Positions 17,561 to 23,825 of a stretch of 25,320 bases of DNA are shown piece after piece (the stretch's first letter is position 1; the number at the start of each line of letters is the position of its first letter). This DNA is from a virus. Taxonomy: Duplodnaviria; Caudoviricetes. The position numbers and the translations under genes are program-made. Location of the stretch: positions 1 to 25,320 of the IMG/VR virus record IMGVR_UViG_3300030207_000328; one strand, written 5' to 3'. Below the pieces are notes generated by a model. The model saw only the letters and a list, made by a program, of their open reading frames with translations, was not told the DNA's origin and made no database searches.

Positions 17561-18736
17561 CATGATTAATAGAGCCACCTCTAAGGCAGACTAGGTTTGT
17601 GACCAAGCTTCCGCATCAATATCGTCGACTTCCTTACTTGTTCTAACAATTAGACGCCTTTGCTTTTTCGTGTGCCAACCTTTACCAACTAGAGGTTCTT
17701 ATATACCTCAAGATCAGTGGTGTTTGACATCAAGGCGCTCCTTTCACTGTTCTCCAACTACGGCAAGCATAGACATCTGAGGATGCCTAACATCCTGTCC
17801 AGAGCATATCACGCGTAGGAGTTTGTCACGAACCTCAGAGATATGACCAGTCTAACATTGTACACTGTCATCAGAAGTGAAGCACGCGTAAGACTCTATC
17901 TATTAATTATCTGAGACATGAGTGAAACTTCCACAATGCTAGTTTTTTAGTACTAAAAGGGCATACTAAAAACATAACTGCAATTTTAGAATCTAATAAG
18001 TTCTAAAGCATTTCGCACTTTTTTCAGACATTTTGAGTCTCCTACGATTTGGCTAAAATGCAACCCTTTCGCGAGGATCATGCTGTCAACATCACATATC
18101 ATTCGCACGCTTTCAAGTTTGTCCGTACCACCCATAGCCTAACTTGAAAGCGCGTTGATGTATGCTGTTCGCTAGTGATATGACTGACGTCATGGCGAAC
18201 AGTAGCTTCTATGTACGAATGATATGTCATGCCGTCATCATGATGCGAAAGCATTACATTTTAACCAAATAGGAGACTAGAAAATGTCTAAAAAAAGCAC
18301 AAAATACAAGAACTTAGTAGATTCTAAAATCGCAGTTATTAACTACCATTCTGGAGATTCACTAACATATCTCAGAGAATCAATAGCTAGAGACGCGTGC
18401 TACACTTCTGCTAACAGCATACAATATAAGTCTGATCAAATCTCTGAGAACCGAGACAAACTTGCAGACCTACGCGAGACATACTCTGGACAGGAAGTCA
18501 TCCATGTTCAGATGTCTAAACTAGCCTACGTCATTGGAGAACAGCAAAAGGAGCTTTCAGAACTTGATGACAGACACCAAGCTGATCTCGAGGTATATAA
18601 GAAATTAGTTGGTAAAGCTTGGACTCAAAATGCAAAGTCATCTAATTCCAAGAACAAGCTAGCGGAACTCGACGAGATTGATGCTTTATTGAAAGCTTAA
18701 TCACAAACCAATTCTCCCTAAGAGGTGGTAATCATG
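17561..18736. repeat. Giant imperfect inverted repeat (arms ~17561-18108 and ~18213-18736)
   Basis: Hand alignment shows the reverse complement of the left arm is colinear with the right arm throughout. Shared blocks include GAGGTATATAAGAA, TAGATTCTAAAAT, CTCTGGACAGGA, TAGTTGGTAAAG, TAGGAGACT and AGAGGTGG. Confidence 0.95.
18284..18700 (+). CDS. First early gene, coiled-coil protein of unknown function, 138 aa
   Basis: RBS AGGAG at 18271, intact ORF, followed by an intrinsic terminator; forms the right arm of the inverted repeat. Confidence 0.8.
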   Translation: MSKKSTKYKNLVDSKIAVINYHSGDSLTYLRESIARDACYTSANSIQYKSDQISENRDKLADLRETYSGQEVIHVQMSKLAYVIGEQQKELSELDDRHQADLEVYKKLVGKAWTQNAKSSNSKNKLAELDEIDALLKA

Positions 18737-18750
18737 CCACCTCTTTTTTT
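18721..18750 (+). terminator. Rho-independent terminator
   Basis: AGAGGTGG-taatcatg-CCACCTCT followed by a T tract. Confidence 0.8.
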
Positions 18751-18790
18751 ATGCTTATCAACCACTTACTGTATCAACAAGGAGGTACAT

Positions 18791-18970
18791 ATGTTCGAAA
18801 TTATTATTACATTAACTTGTGGTCGTCGTCAAAAACTGTCATCTAAATATTACTATTTCAATCATGCTGTTAGACGTATGAACCACTACAAAAATTATCT
18901 ATCAACAAAATCTAGATATTACCAAAACAAAATCAAATATATCGACATAAAATACAACCATCAATTCTGA
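18791..18970 (+). CDS. Hypothetical basic protein, 59 aa
   Basis: AGGAGG RBS before the ATG at 18791; the longer start in the ORF track overlaps the terminator. Confidence 0.55.
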   Translation: MFEIIITLTCGRRQKLSSKYYYFNHAVRRMNHYKNYLSTKSRYYQNKIKYIDIKYNHQF

Positions 18971-19063
18971 TATAACAAATCGCAAACGACGTAGCGTGTT
19001 GTTACAGCAGTAGCAATAGCCGTCGTTGTAATCATCAATAACAATTCAAATCAAGGAGAAAAA

Positions 19064-19261
19064 ATGACACAAGAAAAAACACTAGATGATTTTACAATCT
19101 ATGTAATGTATTGCCAAGACATGAATGATCTTAACTTTGATACCATGACAATGGAAAGGTACATAAGATTATTCAATGCTGGTAAATTTGTAGATACTAA
19201 ACACATAATCTTGCAAGACATAGAAGTTGCAAGAGCAATGTGTAGGATGAACGCATCATGA
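19064..19261 (+). CDS. Hypothetical protein
   Basis: AAGGAG RBS; coupled to the next ORF. Confidence 0.6.
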   Translation: MTQEKTLDDFTIYVMYCQDMNDLNFDTMTMERYIRLFNAGKFVDTKHIILQDIEVARAMCRMNAS

Positions 19262-19494
19262 GTAGGATGGGTCAAATCAAACTAGCTGGATGGTTGAGCA
19301 TACCATTATGTATTGCAATCATATATGTAATACACAGCTTTCCACAAATGTTTCCCTATCATGGCATATGGCAAATCGTTATAGCTGGGGTAGCATTAAA
19401 TACAATAGTTCATTTAACAATAACAATTCCAAGATGGGAGAAAGACAATGAGCAAAGCAGATCAAATTGTTCAAATCATTATCAAAAAAATTGA
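19258..19494 (+). CDS. Small two-transmembrane hypothetical protein
   Basis: ATGA overlap; two hydrophobic segments. Confidence 0.55.
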   Translation: MSRMGQIKLAGWLSIPLCIAIIYVIHSFPQMFPYHGIWQIVIAGVALNTIVHLTITIPRWEKDNEQSRSNCSNHYQKN

Positions 19495-20329
19495 AGACGG
19501 CATTGATAACAAATGGCAAATGCCCTGGCATAATCGAGACTTTAGATTTCCAATCAACACTGATGGCTATGAGTATCAAGGATTGAATTGCTTTTGGCTT
19601 TGGATGGTCAAAGATATGCGAGGTTATACCAGTAATCAATGGGGTACATACAACCAATGGAAACAAATTGGTGGTGATGTCGGAGGTCAGTCAGCAACTG
19701 CATACAATCAATACATATTGCAACCAAGAATCGGCACTGACGACGACGATAATGTATTCATCAAGGGCTTCAAGACTTGGGCTGTCTTCAATCGCGATCA
19801 AGTCAAAGGCTTACCTAAACTGCAATCAGAACAATCATTTGTTACAGAAGAAATGATAACCGATAAAGCAATCAAACAGCAGTGCATCAACTGGTTCGCA
19901 AACATACCAGCAACAATTCATACTGGTCACAACAAAGCCTGTTATGTTCCATCAAAAGATGAAATCCGTATGCCTGACTTTGATACATTCAGAACAGACA
20001 TTGATTATTATTCTGTACTGGCACATGAGATTATACATTGGACAGGTGCGGACCAAAGACTAAACAGAAAGCTATCACAAGAAAGACAATCATATGCTTT
20101 CGAAGAATTGGTTGCTGAACTTGGCAGTGCATTGATAGCTGCAAATTTAAAGATCCAATCTAAACCAACAGACAATACAACTGCTTACCTCAAAGGCTGG
20201 TTACAAGCAGTTAAAAAGAAACCAAAGACACTATGGGATGCAATGTCTTTGGCTAAACACGCAGTCTCTTTTCTCAATGATTATCAACGCAAGAATATTG
20301 CAAGATCATTGCAGAAAAAGGTTGCATAA
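19448..20329 (+). CDS. ardC: ArdC-like antirestriction protein (ssDNA-binding N-domain plus zincin-like metallopeptidase domain)
   Basis: W.MPW, Y.G.N...LW, W.TY.QW...GG, VFN.DQV.G, ACY.P..D.I.MP, AHEIIHWTG (HExxH) and YAFEELVAELGSA motifs. Confidence 0.88.
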   Translation: MSKADQIVQIIIKKIEDGIDNKWQMPWHNRDFRFPINTDGYEYQGLNCFWLWMVKDMRGYTSNQWGTYNQWKQIGGDVGGQSATAYNQYILQPRIGTDDDDNVFIKGFKTWAVFNRDQVKGLPKLQSEQSFVTEEMITDKAIKQQCINWFANIPATIHTGHNKACYVPSKDEIRMPDFDTFRTDIDYYSVLAHEIIHWTGADQRLNRKLSQERQSYAFEELVAELGSALIAANLKIQSKPTDNTTAYLKGWLQAVKKKPKTLWDAMSLAKHAVSFLNDYQRKNIARSLQKKVA

Positions 20330-20387
20330 TCTATTGCGTTCATGCAATAATATATAACACTTTGATAAATATAGAGGAGAATAACGA

Positions 20388-20654
20388 ATGAATTTATCAA
20401 ATAGCGAAGCCATGACGGCTGACAATATCTTAAATCAAATAGCAAACAAAGTTGTTGACTCAATGAAAACTGAGTTTGGTAACTCACCTATCGAATGTCT
20501 TAGGTTTATTCAAAGTCTAAGAGATAGAGGTATTGAGATTACAAACTCAAGTCCAATCGGTGTGTTTGAAGTTGAATGTAACAATATACTTGATGCTCTT
20601 GCTGAAGAAGCTGAAGCAAAAGCAATCATGGCAAATAAAGATGGAGGTTACTAA
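20388..20654 (+). CDS. Hypothetical protein
   Basis: GAGGAG RBS; intact ORF. Confidence 0.6.
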   Translation: MNLSNSEAMTADNILNQIANKVVDSMKTEFGNSPIECLRFIQSLRDRGIEITNSSPIGVFEVECNNILDALAEEAEAKAIMANKDGGY

Positions 20655-20896
20655 TGGGTAAGGTCGTCGACATAGGTGCTAAAGAAACCTTAAAAGAAAT
20701 ATCTGTAAGTCTTAACTGTAGGATTAAACTCAAGATATATCTTACAAGAGATAAAACTACACCAGGCTTTTACAAACTGGCTGAGAATGAGTTGGTCAAT
20801 ATTAACAGACTCATTGAAGATTACATGAAAGGTAATATGTATGAGGTCCAGCAGTTTCATTGGTATGTAGATCAGGAGGAAGTCAATGGCTCGTAA
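20654..20896 (+). CDS. Hypothetical protein
   Basis: GGAGG RBS; TAATG coupling. Confidence 0.6.
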   Translation: MGKVVDIGAKETLKEISVSLNCRIKLKIYLTRDKTTPGFYKLAENELVNINRLIEDYMKGNMYEVQQFHWYVDQEEVNGS

Positions 20897-21092
20897 TACA
20901 CCAACTGAAATACTAGACAATATTAAAAAACTTTTAGTAAAAGATATTATAAATCTTTGGGATACTGCAAACATAAATAATAATGCAGTTTCCAATATTA
21001 AAAGTATAGCACCATCAGTAAGAAACTTTGAGTTTGATATTAAACTAAAACTTCTTACTAAAATAGTAGATATGGAGGTGAGTGATGGTTAA
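20886..21092 (+). CDS. Hypothetical protein
   Basis: AGGAGG RBS; overlaps its neighbours. Confidence 0.55.
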   Translation: MARNTPTEILDNIKKLLVKDIINLWDTANINNNAVSNIKSIAPSVRNFEFDIKLKLLTKIVDMEVSDG

Positions 21093-21303
21093 TTGTACTA
21101 AACAAAGCGACATCAAAATTGAAGTCGTATGGGGTATGGATAACAACGACACCAGCGAATATCATTTCGAAAGCGAAAAAGAAAAGACTGCTTTTGTTGA
21201 TGGAATTAATGAAGCAGTAGGCTGGCATGATTGTGTTGTATGTGGTGATGGTTATGAATATTCATCAGCAGAAGAATACTTAAAGGAGATGGATGATGAG
21301 TAA
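21085..21303 (+). CDS. Hypothetical acidic protein
   Basis: GGAGGT RBS; Y.F.S..E..AF..GI.EA.GW motif. Confidence 0.6.
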   Translation: MVNCTKQSDIKIEVVWGMDNNDTSEYHFESEKEKTAFVDGINEAVGWHDCVVCGDGYEYSSAEEYLKEMDDE

Positions 21304-21538
21304 AGATAAACCAGCTACTGTATATTATATCCCAGCTACAAGATTTCTTGGTATTCAATTAGATTTTGCATCTAAATTGATGGAAGAAAAATATGGTTTG
21401 ACTTGTTTAGAAAAAACAGAATGTGGACATTATAAATATACAGACATTCATCAAGATATATTTAATGAAATCTATGATGATGTTGAAAGTATTTTAGAAA
21501 AAAATAATGTCTATAAAAAAGATTCTCAATGTCCATAA
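21293..21538 (+). CDS. Hypothetical protein
   Basis: AAGGAG RBS; intact ORF. Confidence 0.55.
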   Translation: MMSKDKPATVYYIPATRFLGIQLDFASKLMEEKYGLTCLEKTECGHYKYTDIHQDIFNEIYDDVESILEKNNVYKKDSQCP

Positions 21539-21574
21539 AATGTAGGATACCTATGGTGGTACTACCATTGAGAT

Positions 21575-21617
21575 ACACAACCAACACGGCTAACCCAAAC
21601 AAGCCGTGTGGTTGTGT
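21575..21617. other. Intergenic stem-loop (terminator or processing site)
   Basis: ACACAACCA-a-CACGGCT pairs with AGCCGTG-TGGTTGTGT: 16 bp with one bulge. Confidence 0.6.
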
Positions 21618-21646
21618 TCATTGCGTTAATGCAGTAAGGTGTGATT

Positions 21647-21886
21647 ATGAATAGTTATATAGTTGAATTAATAAGAATATCTAGGAAGATAGATATATCT
21701 TTGATACAAGCATGGAAACACTCAGGCATTGATATGTCTACATATTATCGTGCAATCAATGGTGCTGAGTTGAAACACGCAACAGCTTTAAAGGTTGAAG
21801 ATGCACTTTACTCATTACAAAAGGCCAGTAAAAATAACAGAGAACTGGCAAAAAATTATAAACGATTTAAAAAAATATCGAAATAA
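21647..21886 (+). CDS. Putative HTH DNA-binding protein
   Basis: L..AW..SGI..STYYR.ING....TA.KV pattern resembles a Cro/XRE-like HTH. Confidence 0.6.
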   Translation: MNSYIVELIRISRKIDISLIQAWKHSGIDMSTYYRAINGAELKHATALKVEDALYSLQKASKNNRELAKNYKRFKKISK

Positions 21887-22082
21887 AAAAGGTATGAGCC
21901 AAGAAGCATTAGCTGGTGAAATGGGTATCGAACCAAGTCTAATGCAGAAATGGGAAACATTTAAGAGAGTGCCATCAGGATTTATGTTTAGTTGCTGGCT
22001 TGATGCACTTGAATTAGGAATAACAATTCAAACTATTGGAGGTGCGAATGTCAAACGAAAAGAACAAAGGAAGTTACCATGA
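21801..22082 (+). CDS. XRE-family HTH transcriptional regulator
   Basis: LKKYRNKKGMSQEALAGEMGIEPSLMQKWETFKRVPS is a canonical HTH_3 pattern. Confidence 0.85.
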   Translation: MHFTHYKRPVKITENWQKIINDLKKYRNKKGMSQEALAGEMGIEPSLMQKWETFKRVPSGFMFSCWLDALELGITIQTIGGANVKRKEQRKLP

Positions 22083-22419
22083 AAGATGGTGGGTAAATCT
22101 TTTTAATAGCTGGGGATGGAGTGCAAAACGACAGCCATTATCAGGTGCATTAAAAGATTATCCAAGTGATATTGATTTGAATGTCAATATATTTGGAGAT
22201 GGTAATTACATAACATCAATACAGTTATTATGCGAAAGCAAATACAGACATAATGGTTTTGCTTTGATCTCAAAATATCTTGGAAAAAAAAATAATAATT
22301 ATGATAACGATTTACTTTTGTTGAAGCAAAAGAATGGTGAAGCATTTATGTGTTTCAATGTGAAGAATACAAAAGTATTACACCTGGTCAGATTTCAAAC
22401 AGAGGAGAATGAAAATTGA
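22048..22419 (+). CDS. Holliday junction resolvase-like PD-(D/E)XK nuclease
   Basis: KG...ER, R.PLSGA, SDI and ESK motifs; GGAGG RBS before the ATG at 22048. Confidence 0.75.
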   Translation: MSNEKNKGSYHERWWVNLFNSWGWSAKRQPLSGALKDYPSDIDLNVNIFGDGNYITSIQLLCESKYRHNGFALISKYLGKKNNNYDNDLLLLKQKNGEAFMCFNVKNTKVLHLVRFQTEENEN

Positions 22420-22610
22420 GAGATACTTATAATGGTTTAACAAATAATTTTATTGAAGAACTTGAAGAGTTCTTGAATGAAAAGTTTGATGGCGAATGGG
22501 AAATGAACTTTCAAGTAGATGGTAGAGCAATCGATATAAGACTATTGATGTCACCAGAAGAAAGAGTCGTCGTCAAAAAAGGAAATGTAATTCAATTATT
22601 TCCTAAATAA
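22416..22610 (+). CDS. Hypothetical protein
   Basis: TTG start with a GAGGAG RBS; C-terminal NVIQLFP motif. Confidence 0.55.
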   Translation: MRDTYNGLTNNFIEELEEFLNEKFDGEWEMNFQVDGRAIDIRLLMSPEERVVVKKGNVIQLFPK

Positions 22611-22646
22611 AAAACCCTCATGGAGAGGGGATACAATCCATGAGGG
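22609..22646 (-). terminator. Intrinsic terminator oriented on the minus strand
   Basis: Perfect 10-bp stem CCCTCATGGA/TCCATGAGGG (22615-22646). The A-run on its left reads as a U-tract on the minus strand. Confidence 0.55.
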
Positions 22647-22718
22647 AGTATTCAGTAGAGGATAACGAATAATCTATATGTACCAATACAAACCATACAA
22701 TGTCAAGAGGTAAACGAT

Positions 22719-23378
22719 ATGAGTTTCAAAAGAGTCTCAGCAGTTATGGATATTGAACTATCAGATGGTCTTGCAAAGTGGGTACTTGTAACACTTGCGC
22801 ATCATGAGAACAGCAATACTGGACACTGCTTTCCATCAATAGATAGGCTAGTAAAACTAACTGGTTTATCAAGAAGTACAGTAATCAGATGTTTGAAAAA
22901 GCTGGTTGATCTCAGGTTAATACACAAACATCCTGATCGTGGTAAGTCTAATCATTACGAATTTCTTTTTGAATACAAAGTCATCAGAAAGAACCAGTGT
23001 CAGAGTGACACTACACCAGTATCAGACAGACACCCTAATAGAGAAGTAATAAAGAAAGTCGTCGATACAGAACAGCAGAAAGATGTATGGAAACAATGGA
23101 TGCCATCTGATGCTGAGAAAGAAATCCTTAACAATGAATTTGGAGAGATAGATCATGCCAAAGAAATTATCAAGTATAAAAAATATTATGCCAACTCAAC
23201 AATCGCAGTACCATTCAAGCACTACAGAAGCTGGTGTCAAAGAGTCGCAGAGTTCGCTGGAGTTAACAGAGAGGGAAAACAAGTATTACCTAGTGTCCAA
23301 ACTGGAAGGAGGAAATCCAATCGCAATAGACAAAGAAGTTCGCTTGTCAGTGTTATTAGAACTATCAGGAATGATTGA
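22719..23378 (+). CDS. Phage replication initiator (N-terminal winged HTH, lambda O-like organisation)
   Basis: AK.VL..LA.......CFPSI.RL...TGLSRSTV.R.L..L (HTH_36-like), SN.Y motif, internal iterons. Confidence 0.78.
   Translation: MSFKRVSAVMDIELSDGLAKWVLVTLAHHENSNTGHCFPSIDRLVKLTGLSRSTVIRCLKKLVDLRLIHKHPDRGKSNHYEFLFEYKVIRKNQCQSDTTPVSDRHPNREVIKKVVDTEQQKDVWKQWMPSDAEKEILNNEFGEIDHAKEIIKYKKYYANSTIAVPFKHYRSWCQRVAEFAGVNREGKQVLPSVQTGRRKSNRNRQRSSLVSVIRTIRND
22993..23033. repeat. Two 19-bp iteron-like direct repeats (putative origin)
   Basis: ACCAGTGTCAGAGTGACAC (22993) and ACCAGTATCAGACAGACAC (23015), 22-bp period, inside the initiator gene. Confidence 0.6.
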
Positions 23379-23781
23379 TATAGAAGAGTCTTATCAAGAT
23401 GGTAAGATATCAGTTAACAGGATAGTCATACATTCAGATGACAAAGAGAAGTTACACCGTGCTTTGAAGGTATCAAAAGGTTATTCTACTACACTTGAAG
23501 ATGATGACTTGTTAGCCAGGCTTACGATTATGTTTTCAATGATGAACAAACAAAACTTTGATGAAGAAGATTTAGAATTGAAGATACGTTCTCTTGTTCA
23601 GCAGATAAATCATGTAGATAAAATACCAGCAGACATAATGATAAAGTGTATTGACTACATGACAAAGTACAAAGAGTGGTATCCTTCATACGCAGACATC
23701 TATAAATTCTGCGGTGATAAGTTTATGCTAAGAAAAAAGCTAACCAATGCCTTGCATGAACGCATTAAATACTTGCAATAA
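23155..23781 (+). CDS. Hypothetical protein, possible helicase-loader/lambda P-position protein
   Basis: Follows the initiator; C-terminal PAD....C......WYPS.ADI motif. The start is either 23155 (GGAG RBS) or 23371. Confidence 0.55.
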   Translation: MPKKLSSIKNIMPTQQSQYHSSTTEAGVKESQSSLELTERENKYYLVSKLEGGNPIAIDKEVRLSVLLELSGMIDIEESYQDGKISVNRIVIHSDDKEKLHRALKVSKGYSTTLEDDDLLARLTIMFSMMNKQNFDEEDLELKIRSLVQQINHVDKIPADIMIKCIDYMTKYKEWYPSYADIYKFCGDKFMLRKKLTNALHERIKYLQ

Positions 23782-23801
23782 GAAACGAATAGTAGTAAAT
23801 T
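23773..23801 (+). promoter_or_regulatory. Putative sigma70 promoter for the exonuclease-ERF operon
   Basis: TTGCAA-17 nt-TAAATT upstream of RBS GAGGAG. Confidence 0.5.
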
Positions 23802-23825
23802 GTAACCAAAAGTAGAGGAGAAAAT

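Noticed and set aside
17561-18108. Simple pseudogene from an inverted duplication
   Set aside because: Neutral decay would not readily give a roughly 30:2 wobble-compatible transition bias or a self-pairing insertion. An origin by duplication remains possible.
18108-18212. tRNA gene
   Set aside because: Branched, but the stems do not fit tRNA arm lengths and there is no properly placed T-loop or acceptor stem.
17561-18736. Diversity-generating retroelement TR/VR pair
   Set aside because: Differences are not confined to adenines (many C>T and C>G), there are many indels, the repeat spans a whole gene plus flanks, and no reverse transcriptase is in the window.
17561-18736. Assembly or MDA fold-back chimera, or protelomerase site
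   Set aside because: An artefact or a tel site would be a near-perfect palindrome. These arms are heavily diverged with a strand-biased mismatch pattern and a structured spacer.
19379-20995. Minus-strand ORFs 19379-19666, 20284-20487 and 20690-20995
   Set aside because: They are antisense to well-supported plus-strand genes that have good ribosome-binding sites.
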